From positions 15,863,822 to 15,927,821 of the forward strand of contig CM119265.1 in assembly GCA_051294375.1 (NCBI GenBank): 64,000 bases of DNA, read 5' to 3'. A program made the position numbers and the translations under genes. Each line of letters opens with the position of its first letter. The first letter of the stretch is position 1. Below are positions 23,089-37,500 of this stretch, one piece after another. The notes beneath the pieces are model-generated. The model was not told the DNA's origin. It was given only the letters and a program-made list of their open reading frames with translations, and searched no databases. This DNA is from Paraspadella gotoi (taxonomy: Eukaryota; Animalia; Chaetognatha).

Positions 23089-26047
23089 GAAGATTAAGAA
23101 CAAAAGAAAAGAACCAAGTGAGAAAAAAGGAGAGAGCAAAGGAGGAGAAGGAATGAAAACAAAAGAAAAAGCCAAGAAATAAAAACAAGGAAAAAAAAAA
23201 GAAGATATAACAAAAAAGGAAAAAAAAGAATACAATGAGAAAGAGAAAAAAAAAGGGAGGAGAGAAAAGGAAGGGAAACTGAAAAAGAGAGAAGAAAAAG
23301 AAGAATAGAGGAGAAAGAAAAATAAGAGAGAGAGAGAAGAGAGAGATTATAAGTTTAGTTGTGATAAATATTCCAATCACGTCAACGGACGTAAACGGAA
23401 CGAAAGAGGAAGAAAAGTACGCAATCGACGCCAATCCCTCCATCCATCCTCCTCTCTCCTCCACAACCATCTCCCACTCCTACGATCTGTATTTTTCCTC
23501 TTTATCCAGCCCATTTCTTCTTCTTCTATCTTTCTTCTTCTTCTTCTTTCTTCTTCTTGCTTCTTCATTCTTTCATCTTGTTCATTCCTTCTCTTCTTCT
23601 TCTTACTTCTTGCTTTCACCTCATTATCCTCCTCTCCACTTCCTCTTCCTCTTCCATCTTCTTCCAACTGTCCCGTTTTCCTTTCCTAGTTTATTTTTTC
23701 CTCCTCGGCAAAGTCAGAGTGACGCCTCTTCCTCTTTTTCTCCTCCCCTTTTGCTCTCTCCAATTCGCCCCCCACGCCCACGTCGCCCCCCTTCGCCTCA
23801 ATTTGTTCGTTTGTTTTTTCTTCTTCTCTTCTTCTTCATCTCTGTCTTTTTCTTCCCATTCATCTCCCATATGCGAAATCTTTCGCCTCTGACCTTCTTT
23901 TTCAAGACGAGGACGGATTTAATAAAGTAATTTAGATCCCTTTGTTTCTCCCCTGGTCACGTACGTCCGTCGCCTCTATTCTCGCAAACTATATTTAAAA
24001 TATCTCTATCTTTCTTTACTATATTAGTATAATATTATACTTCCCATTTAAGGAACCAAATACGCCTGGGAGTGATAAACTAGACTGTGATAGAGTCTAC
24101 CACCATACCAGGAGACCCTACCGAAACCGACCCCCAAAAAAATTTCACTAGATTGTATAACAACTTATCGAATAAAAAATGTTATAATCTGATACGCAAT
24201 ACACATCAACACAATTGTTAGTTTTTATAGACGTCATTCCAGCGGCTAATTATTAACGTCAAAACCCACAGCAACCGGAGCCAAAGTTTAAGTTTGGAGA
24301 GTTTACAAGAGCTAGATGGCTATGCGCATACTCAAGATTTAGCCATCGGTCACGACCCAAGTTGTCAACGCTTATATACAATATAACCTTACTTGCTACT
24401 AAGTCATACACCAGACCAACCATAACCACTCGACTCCATCAGACTATCCAAACAGTTTTTTTTCTATTCCCAAATACTTTTCTCATTTCCTCCCTTTTTC
24501 TCCCTTCTCTCTCGCCTTCCTCTTATTTTTTTGTTCTGACTCCTTTTTTACGTGGCCCTGCACGCCGCTTTCACGCCACTTCCGGCTGGTTCTCATAAAC
24601 TAAATGATCCGTCCTTATCACATCATCTCTTTGCAATCGCTCTCCTGCGTTTCTTTCCTTTCCCATTTTTTTATTTCTAACCCTTCCCAAACCTTACAGA
24701 CTCATCGCCAAATATTTACCTCCCCTCTCAACCTGTTCTTAGTTTTTTTTTGTTTTTTAATTGAGAAAACAAGACAAATTATTGAAAGATCATGACCATT
24801 TTTGCCTGCTACTAAACGTGACGGGAAATTCATATACAACAGCCAACTATGTTGCAGTATCTCGGACAAGGTTATTTAAAAATATAAAACTTTTATTTAA
24901 AATAAAAATGAGCAAAAATATATATTTTGCTTCCTAGTAAAAAGAAATACAAGTCAACTGTTAGCCGCTCCGGTTCATTCTCTGTCCCGCGGCTCGGTCC
25001 GTGACTTTCGGAATACAAATTCTCAAAATCTAATGACTGCCGCGACCGCCGTCCTAGAAATCTAAACTAATAAGAAACTAAAAAGACCAAATTTCTGATG
25101 CAGTCTACTGCATGAAACTAACACGTTATGAAAGTTTTATTAGTCATCATGATATTGTTTATGTGATCAAATGGAAATAACACTTGAAATAAAATCACTA
25201 GGGCCAACACGATTGGCATGAACCGTATTGTTATAACCTGTTACAGATGTCTGTACGACAATACACGTGAGCAACGACGGAAGAGTTAGCAGACCCGAAC
25301 AGGGTGATAGAATGAAAGGCATCAAAACTCGCAGCGAGGAATGCAAAAGATAAATCGCCGTCCCTTTTTTCTTCATGAAAACGATCACCAATTTTCTATA
25401 TAAAAAATAAACAACATTTCTTTCCTCCAGTATTCTTCTTTTTGATGACATGTTGTCGAAACAAGAAAGGAATGTCTCTTTATCCACCTTTTCCCTTTCG
25501 CTCAAAAATGCCGCTAGGAGTCCGAACACTCACTCCCTCGCCAACCCCGAATTCAGAACGATCGAAACAAGACGACAATTTTCTCGGCGACCGACAAAAA
25601 AAAAACAACAAAAAAAAAAAAACAAAAAAACACACCGCACGATAGCGACAATATCATCTTATTTCAAGAAATTACCAACCTACCATCGACCCAAGCAGAT
25701 TCCAAGCGAAGCGGAAAAAAAACGAAAAGAAAAAACAGTTCACTCTTTTTCCTCCGAAACGAAACAAAAAAAAGACTTCGTCGGAGTCACAATACGTCAC
25801 AATCTGCCTCTCCTTCCTCCCTCCTCCTCTCTCGTCTCTATTTCTCGGTCTTCCTGATCAGCTTCCGACTCCTACTTTCTTCCTTTTTTTTCCTCTCTCT
25901 TCTCCTTTCGCTCCATTTGTTCTCTTTAGCCGACGTGGCCGAGTTATCCGTGCTCACCCCATTCCCACCTCCTTTCCTCCCCTACATTTTTTGGCCCTTG
26001 TAATCCACGCACTCCGGTCGCCCGCTTCTCCTCAGTTCAAGTTCTGC
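18560..26047 (+). repeat. Left arm of ~7.5 kb inverted duplication (block B)
   Basis: ORF track mirrors exactly (25450..25857+ = 27215..27622-, 18855..19202+ = 33860..34207-); coordinate sums 53072 (inner) and 53062 (outer). Confidence 0.95.
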
Positions 26048-26060
26048 TCTCTCTCTCTCT

Positions 26061-26999
26061 GAGCATTGATGCGTCGACCTTGGGACGAATGGGTTCGACT
26101 TAAACTCGCTCGAGTTTGACCAAAGATGCTCGTGTCCGGGGTGATAGGGAGCGATAGAAAGAGGAAGATAGAGAGAGAGAGACTGGAAGATAGATAGTAA
26201 ATGGAAAGAAAAAAATTAAAGCGCTAAATTTTTTTAGAAAAAAGTTTAAAGAACAGTTTGAATAAATTTGCAACAACAATTGATTTATTGATAGACGAAC
26301 CTGTTTCGGCTCAAATTCGAATTACATTAATTTACAAACTCAACAAAAAAGAAACGATTTACACATAGAAAAAAAGTAGCATCGCTGTTTAAAAAGGGAA
26401 AGAGTTCGTTACAAAGACTACGATAAAAATAAAGAGAGATCAGTATATTAAAAGGGAGAGCATAACGAAAATAAACAAAATAAAAGAGTTCGATATGTAA
26501 TGGTAGATACGAGAACGCGACGAAGAGAGCGAGAGAGAGTTGTTAAAATAAAAGAGAGCGCGTGGCGCTGGGACAGTTCAGTGAAATGATATTCGTATTT
26601 ATCCCTTTTCTCCCCGCGGAGAATGCGTTGGATCGTTAAGCGGAGATTCTGCGCGATTCGACCAACGAGGGACGAAACTCTTCGGTCGAACGGTTCCATT
26701 CATTGGCCAGATGGCGCCGCCGATGGCATCGCCCCGTGACGACGACGCCGTCCCTCCCGCTTCGGCACTCCCGGGGATTCGAGAGCCGAAATGAGAGTCG
26801 CATTATCACGGTCCTGAGATTGTGGCCGGCGAATGGCTTTTTGAAAATGAGTTTATTTGCGTATTTATTGACTTGTAAATAGGTTCGCCAGCGCTGACTT
26901 TCCTACTTAGTCCTAATATATTCAACCAACGTATTCATCTCACCATCTCGATGTCAAATTGTCCTCCTTCAATGCCTACCTCGTCGTCGTCGTCGTCGT
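26061..26999 (+). repeat. Repeat block A, copy 2, forming the spacer of the inverted duplication; ends at a 25-N gap
   Basis: Collinear with 17568-18550. Confidence 0.9.
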
Positions 27000-27024
27000 N
27001 NNNNNNNNNNNNNNNNNNNNNNNN

Positions 27025-29983
27025 GCAGAACTTGAACTGAGGAGAAGCGGGCGACCGGAGTGCGTGGATTACAAGGGCCAAAAAATGTAGGGGAGGAAAG
27101 GAGGTGGGAATGGGGTGAGCACGGATAACTCGGCCACGTCGGCTAAAGAGAACAAATGGAGCGAAAGGAGAAGAGAGAGGAAAAAAAAGGAAGAAAGTAG
27201 GAGTCGGAAGCTGATCAGGAAGACCGAGAAATAGAGACGAGAGAGGAGGAGGGAGGAAGGAGAGGCAGATTGTGACGTATTGTGACTCCGACGAAGTCTT
27301 TTTTTTGTTTCGTTTCGGAGGAAAAAGAGTGAACTGTTTTTTCTTTTCGTTTTTTTTCCGCTTCGCTTGGAATCTGCTTGGGTCGATGGTAGGTTGGTAA
27401 TTTCTTGAAATAAGATGATATTGTCGCTATCGTGCGGTGTGTTTTTTTGTTTTTTTTTTTTTGTTGTTTTTTTTTTGTCGGTCGCCGAGAAAATTGTCGT
27501 CTTGTTTCGATCGTTCTGAATTCGGGGTTGGCGAGGGAGTGAGTGTTCGGACTCCTAGCGGCATTTTTGAGCGAAAGGGAAAAGGTGGATAAAGAGACAT
27601 TCCTTTCTTGTTTCGACAACATGTCATCAAAAAGAAGAATACTGGAGGAAAGAAATGTTGTTTATTTTTTATATAGAAAATTGGTGATCGTTTTCATGAA
27701 GAAAAAAGGGACGGCGATTTATCTTTTGCATTCCTCGCTGCGAGTTTTGATGCCTTTCATTCTATCACCCTGTTCGGGTCTGCTAACTCTTCCGTCGTTG
27801 CTCACGTGTATTGTCGTACAGACATCTGTAACAGGTTATAACAATACGGTTCATGCCAATCGTGTTGGCCCTAGTGATTTTATTTCAAGTGTTATTTCCA
27901 TTTGATCACATAAACAATATCATGATGACTAATAAAACTTTCATAACGTGTTAGTTTCATGCAGTAGACTGCATCAGAAATTTGGTCTTTTTAGTTTCTT
28001 ATTAGTTTAGATTTCTAGGACGGCGGTCGCGGCAGTCATTAGATTTTGAGAATTTGTATTCCGAAAGTCACGGACCGAGCCGCGGGACAGAGAATGAACC
28101 GGAGCGGCTAACAGTTGACTTGTATTTCTTTTTACTAGGAAGCAAAATATATATTTTTGCTCATTTTTATTTTAAATAAAAGTTTTATATTTTTAAATAA
28201 CCTTGTCCGAGATACTGCAACATAGTTGGCTGTTGTATATGAATTTCCCGTCACGTTTAGTAGCAGGCAAAAATGGTCATGATCTTTCAATAATTTGTCT
28301 TGTTTTCTCAATTAAAAAACAAAAAAAAACTAAGAACAGGTTGAGAGGGGAGGTAAATATTTGGCGATGAGTCTGTAAGGTTTGGGAAGGGTTAGAAATA
28401 AAAAAATGGGAAAGGAAAGAAACGCAGGAGAGCGATTGCAAAGAGATGATGTGATAAGGACGGATCATTTAGTTTATGAGAACCAGCCGGAAGTGGCGTG
28501 AAAGCGGCGTGCAGGGCCACGTAAAAAAGGAGTCAGAACAAAAAAATAAGAGGAAGGCGAGAGAGAAGGGAGAAAAAGGGAGGAAATGAGAAAAGTATTT
28601 GGGAATAGAAAAAAAACTGTTTGGATAGTCTGATGGAGTCGAGTGGTTATGGTTGGTCTGGTGTATGACTTAGTAGCAAGTAAGGTTATATTGTATATAA
28701 GCGTTGACAACTTGGGTCGTGACCGATGGCTAAATCTTGAGTATGCGCATAGCCATCTAGCTCTTGTAAACTCTCCAAACTTAAACTTTGGCTCCGGTTG
28801 CTGTGGGTTTTGACGTTAATAATTAGCCGCTGGAATGACGTCTATAAAAACTAACAATTGTGTTGATGTGTATTGCGTATCAGATTATAACATTTTTTAT
28901 TCGATAAGTTGTTATACAATCTAGTGAAATTTTTTTGGGGGTCGGTTTCGGTAGGGTCTCCTGGTATGGTGGTAGACTCTATCACAGTCTAGTTTATCAC
29001 TCCCAGGCGTATTTGGTTCCTTAAATGGGAAGTATAATATTATACTAATATAGTAAAGAAAGATAGAGATATTTTAAATATAGTTTGCGAGAATAGAGGC
29101 GACGGACGTACGTGACCAGGGGAGAAACAAAGGGATCTAAATTACTTTATTAAATCCGTCCTCGTCTTGAAAAAGAAGGTCAGAGGCGAAAGATTTCGCA
29201 TATGGGAGATGAATGGGAAGAAAAAGACAGAGATGAAGAAGAAGAGAAGAAGAAAAAACAAACGAACAAATTGAGGCGAAGGGGGGCGACGTGGGCGTGG
29301 GGGGCGAATTGGAGAGAGCAAAAGGGGAGGAGAAAAAGAGGAAGAGGCGTCACTCTGACTTTGCCGAGGAGGAAAAAATAAACTAGGAAAGGAAAACGGG
29401 ACAGTTGGAAGAAGATGGAAGAGGAAGAGGAAGTGGAGAGGAGGATAATGAGGTGAAAGCAAGAAGTAAGAAGAAGAAGAGAAGGAATGAACAAGATGAA
29501 AGAATGAAGAAGCAAGAAGAAGAAAGAAGAAGAAGAAGAAAGATAGAAGAAGAAGAAATGGGCTGGATAAAGAGGAAAAATACAGATCGTAGGAGTGGGA
29601 GATGGTTGTGGAGGAGAGAGGAGGATGGATGGAGGGATTGGCGTCGATTGCGTACTTTTCTTCCTCTTTCGTTCCGTTTACGTCCGTTGACGTGATTGGA
29701 ATATTTATCACAACTAAACTTATAATCTCTCTCTTCTCTCTCTCTCTTATTTTTCTTTCTCCTCTATTCTTCTTTTTCTTCTCTCTTTTTCAGTTTCCCT
29801 TCCTTTTCTCTCCTCCCTTTTTTTTTCTCTTTCTCATTGTATTCTTTTTTTTCCTTTTTTGTTATATCTTCTTTTTTTTTTCCTTGTTTTTATTTCTTGG
29901 CTTTTTCTTTTGTTTTCATTCCTTCTCCTCCTTTGCTCTCTCCTTTTTTCTCACTTGGTTCTTTTCTTTTGTTCTTAATCTTC

Positions 29984-30031
<48 letters not shown>

Positions 30032-33000
30032 GCGCTCTCCGTCTCTCTCCTCTCTCTCGTCTCTCTCTCTCTTTCACTCTCTCTCTCTCCTCAGTTTTCT
30101 AGATTTTCATTTCGCTCTCCTTTGATCCGATTTAGAGGGATTTCTTTTTATGGTCTCGTTAAAAGGAAATCTACGACTTTGCCCAGGTTCTCAATTTTCA
30201 AGATCTCTTTCCGTTCATTTTTTTTTTTTTCTATTTGTCGTATTTATTTTATTTCCACTTACTTCTCTTCTTGAAATCGTGTTCAAGATTTTTTGACACC
30301 CGCATATGATGATGATGATGATGATTGAGTGATGATGATGATTGAGTGATCCGATAGAGAATGATGAACCGCTATCGACAACGACGTCCTTTCCCTTCGC
30401 ATCCAAAATTCAAGAATCTCCATAGAGAAAGTTTCGATTTTCCTTTTTCATCGCCTTTATGCAAAAGCGGATGAAAGAGAAGAAATGCAGAGAATTCTGT
30501 CGTTCAGGTCGTGCTGTCGCGTCGAATTCTTTTAATAACTTAAACTTAGTAGAGCCACATTATTCATCGTTGCTTTTCTTTAACTACAACTTTTTCTTTG
30601 ATATTCGAACTTTTTCTCCATGTCTCTATTAATCGTCCCGCATGACATTATTATGCAATAAGCATGAAAAGTGTTTCTTGATCGTTCCCTTTGACAACAC
30701 AAAACAAACAAAACATACAAAAACAACAAAAAAATAAGCAAACAAAAATAAACAAGAACAAAACAACGCAACAAAAAACAATCACTGTCTTCGTCTTCAT
30801 TCGTGGCCGTCGGGGTCATCTCGATTACTTTTCGGCTGCTTTGGCTCTCCCTTTTTCATCCAAAAAATCAATTGAGGCTTCATCGTTTTAGTTAACATAT
30901 AGTAACATCCTGGGTTAACTATAAAGTTTTTTTTTTCTTTTTTTTTTAATTTATTCTTTTAAATTGTCTTCGTCTCGGTTGGTTCTTTCCGGGACATGGG
31001 TCGCCGGCATCGCGTCGGCTCAGAAAAAGGTTTAAATATATTTCCACGGCTCCGAACTATAAGTCGTAATCTCACATATACAGTTTCAAACGTATCTCTG
31101 CTCAGTTTTGTCGTCGGTAAGAAATTGTCGCCTCGAAACCCATCTCTCGTCGTAATCGCGGAGGCGCGGGGTCCTGTTTGCGGGCGGGGGCGGGGGGGGG
31201 CGTTTTGGCGCGACCGGAGTGACTTTCTCTTTTCTCGCTTTGCATAATTGTTTCCAAAGGCTTTTCTTTTTCTTTTGTCTCTTGGCGTTATTTCTCGAAA
31301 GCACCCCCCCCCCGCCTCCCGTCTCCTATCATCCTTCCGTAACTTTATCCCCACTCTTTTCACTACGACGGGGCGCGGCTCTTGCTCGTTGTAGAACTTC
31401 TTGAGCGGCGTGAAATCGCTGGTGAACACAATCGCTACGCTCTCGCTCTTCTCCTCTCTCTCCTCTCCTTCTCCTCTCTCTCTCTACTCTCTCTTGGCTC
31501 TTCTCTCTCTCTCACTCTCCCCTCTCCTCGATCTCTTCCTCTCTTTCTGTCTCTCTGCTCTATTCTTCCTCTCTCTCTCGTCAATCCTCTTCACAATAAT
31601 CCGTCGGCGGTCCGGTGAACCTAAGTATCTCGACTTCTCTCGTCTGTCATTTAGATCCCGCCTTGAAACCAATCCCCAGCCCTCTATTTCTATTTCCCTT
31701 CTCTTCTGACTTCTCAGAGTGACGTCAGCTTTCTTATCATCCTATCACAACAACAACGACAACCAATAACAACAATAAAACGCGACGACCGCAAAAAGGC
31801 CCCTCTATTTTCCAAACTAAAACCCCCTCTCTTTTGGAAACCTGTTTTTTATTTTTCGAATTCCAACACGAGAATCAACCGTCAGCGTCGGGTTTTCTGG
31901 CTTAGTACGATTTCGATTCATGTATCGTCGATTAAAAAAGGAGAAAAAGCGAGACGCACCTGCCTTGCATTGCCTTTGCCATTTTCTATTTGTCCAAGTC
32001 CTTTGTTTCGCACTTTGATATTTTTTTCACAGGACCTTTGCCTTCTTTTTTTTCACCTCATTTTAATTTGGATTGATTTAATGTCTGAAGCAAGTTTCTT
32101 TTGTTTATTCCTTTTCAAATGCTTCGTGTCATATTCCGTGTCGCTCTATAGCCTCTAAAGTCTATTAATCTTGACTTTATTTTCGTAGAAATAAATAAAT
32201 ACCTTGACACGTTTTTAGCCATTTTGTTTACGAATAACTCTCTTTAAATATCGAGGAATTCGCAGCTTCTTTAGCCGTATCTCTTCCTCGCCTTGCTCTT
32301 GCTCTTTACGTTGACTGACACTCTCGAAGAACTGCTTCCATTTCTTAGCGAGTCGACACGACATCTTAGGCTCTCTCTTTTTGTTTATACCTTAATACAG
32401 CAATTCCGAAGGGCAGTGTACACGTTCTATTGGTGCCCGTGATTTCGAATGGATTTCGATTAGATCCTTTCGAATTCTGGCCAGAGTGCATCTTCGCAGA
32501 TCTGCAAAGTTGTCAACTGGTTTTTGACCACCACAAGTTCTTGTTCAGAGCATTAGAAACTCTTTTTCAGATATCTCGGAATCTCATTTTTTTGTGATCG
32601 GGGTCTTGTGACTTTTTCTATGAAGAGAAGCATCTCTTTTTGGTTTATTATTGGCTTCAGAAAACAAGTAAGAAAGAACACTTTAAATTTATATATACCT
32701 TTGCTGAGGTTGTGTACTAAATGTTTTGGTTATTCTTTGCCCAGGACTAACAAGACGAATCTACTTTACAACATGGACCTTCAACAAGACATTTTCAAGT
32801 CCAGGGCTTCGATAGATCCGGTCGGTCTTACTGCCTTATGCGACCGTCTTACCGAGACTCGTCTCGTCGTCATCTCCAGGCGTTTATTGACCGGGCGCCG
32901 TAGTCGTCTCTTCTGGCTCACTTTTCATACGCTGACTCACTCTGGCTGATGCGCAGACATTAAGCCAGCTCAGTTAGAATCACGCCATTTCCGATCTTTA

Positions 33001-34500
33001 CTTCTTTTTTTAACTTTTAATCTTGCTAATTTTCTTCTAAATTCTCATCTTGGCGATTCATCTTGTTTTTTTTTTTTTCTGTTACACTTTCCGCCCCAGC
33101 CATCTATCCACCATCATTCGCTAATTTCGATTGTCCCATCCTCAACAGATGTCGTCCTTCAAATCTCCCCTTTTCTCTCTGTTCTTTTTTTTAAGGTTTA
33201 AAACGGTTTCGCTTTTCGCTCGACCAAAACCACCTCCTTTGTTTTTTTTCCATCACCGAAATAGTTAGATTTTTTCCCGGCCGGGGGAAGTTGAGGGGAT
33301 AGGGGTGGTGTGAAAACAGGTGGAAAAAAGAAAGTACGGTAGAGAAGATGAGATAAAAGGAATTACCTGTTGGGGTTTCAAACTTTTGAAAAGGGATATT
33401 ATGAGGCAGGTTCGATTAACAACACCTCTTTGCCAAGGATCGAATCGCGGGGCGTTAATAAAGTTTCTTTTAATTTGAATGAGTAAATTGGAGATATCAT
33501 ATTCCCCATGGTGCAAGGCAGCATCTTTTTTTAACAAAATCTCCAAATTGGCGAAGATCTGAAACTGAAAACAAATAAGAAAAAGTATTCCGGTACAAAT
33601 TACTGGTCAAAAAAAGTAAGTAAATTCTAGGACCCGAACGGAGTTTGAAAACGAAAAGGTGAGGTACGGACTGCAACGTCAAACAAAATGAAATAGAAGC
33701 CTTTGATTTACTTTCTCCCGTTTTCCTCTCGATTTATTCATGAATCGTTTGCGTATTAATTATGATGAGACGCTTTAACGACCAGTTATGAGTCGGGCTC
33801 TCTCTTCTCTCTCATCTCTCTCTCTCTCCTCTCTCTCTCTCCCTCTCTCTATCTCTCTCTCATCTTGCTCCTCTTTCTGACTGGGGCTCAGATCGGGGAC
33901 AAAAACAGCAAAACGAAAGCATTAAAAAGAAGCAGCGGCGATGATTGAAGCATGCTCGGAAACACGAAACATAACAAATGGAGGCGAAAATAATAGCGGG
34001 AGTGCAGAAAGCGGAGGACCGTAGAACGGCTACCGGGAAAAGCGGGGAGACAAACAACGCTCCGCGCGCCCGAGTAGGCACCCGATTTAACAGCACGCGT
34101 CGCCGGCCTCGATCTTCGCGCGTGACCGGGGGGCACTGATTTTGATGGAACGTGTACCTAGAGAGGGGAGGGAGGAGAGTCGGCAGGGGGCCCGAGGGGA
34201 GGAGCAATGAAGCGGTTTACTCACAAGGACGGAGAGAAAGGAAACTCGAGAGAGAAACGTTTTGTTTGTGCTTTTCTTTTGTTTTTTTTTTCAAAGTCGG
34301 TTCGGATTTAATTCAAAAGTGAGCGGGAAGAGAAAGAGGGATTTTACGCAGGCAATTAGAGGCAGTCTAATTGATGTTTTAAAATGTGGGTGGGTCGAAT
34401 AGAGTGAATTTCGTATTAGTTTCTAATTGAAATGTTGGTTGAGTCAATAAGAGGCTTTTAGCGAACATAAGACGAATTTATATACGACATTGTATTTACT
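27025..34500 (-). repeat. Right arm of ~7.5 kb inverted duplication (reverse complement of block B)
   Basis: Starts gcagaacttgaactgagg, the reverse complement of 26030-26047; appears identical except indel-rich patches at about 31760-32170 and 34350-34500. Confidence 0.95.
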
Positions 34501-37500
34501 TCAAATCCCTCTCTCCCCTCCCCTTAGGACACGTCATCAAATTGCCGGTCACGCGCGAAATCCCGCGTGTGTAAATCGGGTCCTACTCGGCCGCGCGAGC
34601 GTTTTTTTTTCTCCCCGCTTCCGTCGTTCGTCGTCCGCTTTCTCTCTCCCGCTTCATTATTTCGCCTCCATTTTTATGTTTCGTTTTCCGAGATGGCTTC
34701 ATCATCGCCGCTGCTTTTTTTATGCTTTGTTTTTGTTTTTCTCAACCACATCTACTAACAATACCGAAATTCAACTCTTTCGGATCCCCACCACATTTTA
34801 AATCTGCTAATGTTGACTTAGCTCTTGGTACTTCGCGTGCTCATTACAATTCCTCTTTCTCTTCCTCCGCTCACTTTTGATGAGTGATAAATCCGACCGA
34901 TTGAAAAAAAAAAAAAAAAATAAGAACAAAAAAAAAAAAAAAAAGAAAAAGAAGAAAAAAAACAGTTTCTCTCTCGAGATTTCCTTTTCTCTCGTCCTTT
35001 GTAAACCACTTCATGCTTCTCCCTCGGCCCCGCTGCACCTCCTCCTCTCCCCTCCCTCTATAGGCTCTACACTGTCCATCAAATCTGCCCCGGTCACGCG
35101 CGGAAATCGCCGGCAGCTACGTCGGTGCTGATGTAATATCGGGTCCTTACTCGGGACGCGCGGAGCGTTTGTATTTGTTTTTCTCCCGCTTCCCGCGTAG
35201 CCGTTTACGGTCCTCGCGCTTTCCGTCACTCCCGCCATTATTTTCGCCTCCATTTTTATGTTTCGTGTTTCCGAGATGGCTTCATCATCGCCGCTGCTTT
35301 TTTATGGCGTTTGGTTTTTGTTTGTTTCCCTCCATCTGGCGCCGCATCAAGAAAAGAGAAAGAAATAGAGAAGAGAGGAGAGAAGAGAAGAGAAGAAAAA
35401 GGAGAAGGAGAGAAGAAGAGATGAAGACATAGAGGACGAGAGACGAGTAANNNNNNNNNNNNNNNNNNNNNNNNNAGAGTAGAGAGAGAGCCCGACTCAT
35501 TAATGGTCGTTAACGTCTCAGTCATAATTAATACGAACGATTTCATGAATAAATCGAGAGAAAACGGAAAAGGTAAATCAAAGGCTTCTATTTCATTTTT
35601 TTTGACGTTGAGGTCGTACCTCACCTTTCTCGTTTTTCCAAACTCCCTTCGGGTCCTAGATTTACTTACCTTTTTTTTACCATTGTAATTTGTACCGGAA
35701 TATTTTTTCTTAATTTTTTTTCAGTTTCAGATCTTTCGCCATTTGGAGATTTTAGTTAAAAAGATGCTGCCTTGTAGACAGTGTGAATATGAATATGCGA
35801 ATATCAATTGACTCATTGCAAATTAAAAGAAAATTTATCATCTACGCGCGCAATCTCGATCCGCAAATTAATCGGGACCCCCGGGACCCCGCACCCCGAC
35901 CCTGCTCCATAATATCCCTTTTCAAAAGTTTGAAACCCCAACAGGTAATTCCTTTTATCTCATCTTCTTCTACGTACTTTCTTTTTTCCACCTTTTTTCC
36001 ACCACCCCCCTATCCCCTCAACTTCGCCCGGCGGGNNNNNNNNNNNNNNNNNNNNNNNNNNNNNNNNNNNNNNNNNNNNNNNNNNNNNNNNNNNNNNNNN
36101 NNNNNNNNNNNNNNNNNNNNNNNNNNNNNNNNNNNNNNNNNNNNNNNNNNNNNNNNNNNNNNNNNNNNNNNNNNNNNNNNNNNNNNNNNNNNNNNNNNNN
36201 NNNNNNNNNNNNNNNNNNNNNNNNNNNNNNNNNNNNNNNNNNNNNNNNNNNNNNNNNNNNNNNNNNNNNNNNNNNNNNNNNNNNNNNNNNNNNNNNNNNN
36301 NNNNNNNNNNNNNNNNNNNNNNNNNNNNNNNNNNNNNNNNNNNNNNNNNNNNNNNNNNNNNNNNNNNNNNNNNNNNNNNNNNNNNNNNNNNNNNNNNNNN
36401 NNNNNNNNNNNNNNNNNNNNNNNNNNNNNNNNNNNNNNNNNNNNNNNNNNNNNNNNNNNNNNNNNNNNNNNNNNNNNNNNNNNNNNNNNNNNNNNNNNNN
36501 NNNNNNNNNNNNNNNNNNNNNNNNNNNNNNNNNNNNNNNNNNNNNNNNNNNNNNNNNNNNNNNNNNNNNNNNNNNNNNNNNNNNNNNNNNNNNNNNNNNN
36601 NNNNNNNNNNNNNNNNNNNNNNNNNNNNNNNNNNNNNNNNNNNNNNNNNNNNNNNNNNNNNNNNNNNNNNNNNNNNNNNNNNNNNNNNNNNNNNNNNNNN
36701 NNNNNNNNNNNNNNNNNNNNNNNNNNNNNNNNNNNNNNNNNNNNNNNNNNNNNNNNNNNNNNNNNNNNNNNNNNNNNNNNNNNNNNNNNNNNNNNNNNNN
36801 NNNNNNNNNNAGATAGAATAGAAATTAGCAAGGATTAAAAGTTAGAAAAAGACCTGATTAGTAAATGGCAAAACGGTCAAGATATTATTATTTTGCGAAG
36901 ATAAAGTCACGATATAATTAGACTTTAGAGCTTATAGAGCGACATCGGATCTCTTCTCTCTCTCTCCTCTTCTATCTCCTCTCTCTCTCTGCTCTGCATC
37001 TCCTCTCTGCTCCTCTTGAGCCATTGATTGCGTAAGACCCTTGGGAGAATAGGGTTCCGAACTTAAACTCGCTCGAGTTTTGACCAAGAATGCTGCGTGG
37101 TCCGGGGTGATAGGGAGCGATAGAAATAGAGTACAGATAGAGAGAGAGAACATGGAAGATTAGATAGTAACATGGAAAGAAAAAAATTAAGACGCTAAAA
37201 TTTTTTTAGAAAAAGAGTTTAAAGAACAGTTGAAATAAATTTGCAAACAACAATTGATTCTCATTGATAGTATCAACCTGTTTCCCCCGGGTCCTTCAAA
37301 ATTTCCGGGAAATTTCCTTTTAATTTACAAACTCAACAAAAAAGAAACGATTTAATTCATAGTAAAGGTAGGCATGCCTGTTTAAAAAAGGGAATAAGAG
37401 TTCAGTTACATAAGATCTTACTGAATATAAATAAATAGAATCACGATATTCAAGCGAGCCTACATCACGAAATGGCAATTAACTATAACCTAGAAAAACC

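Noticed and set aside
17568-26999. Intact LTR retrotransposon with block A as LTRs
   Set aside because: No gag/pol ORF, PBS, PPT or target-site duplication seen; the interior is microsatellite-rich host-like DNA; the second copy ends at a gap.
26040-27030. Sequencing adapter at palindrome centres (also 60330-60570)
   Set aside because: No recognisable SMRTbell adapter sequence found by eye, so a missed-adapter origin is not directly demonstrated.
18560-34500. Giant TIR element (Polinton/Foldback) interpretation
   Set aside because: No coding interior, the spacer is a copy of adjacent flank DNA, and the arm boundary coincides with an assembly gap.
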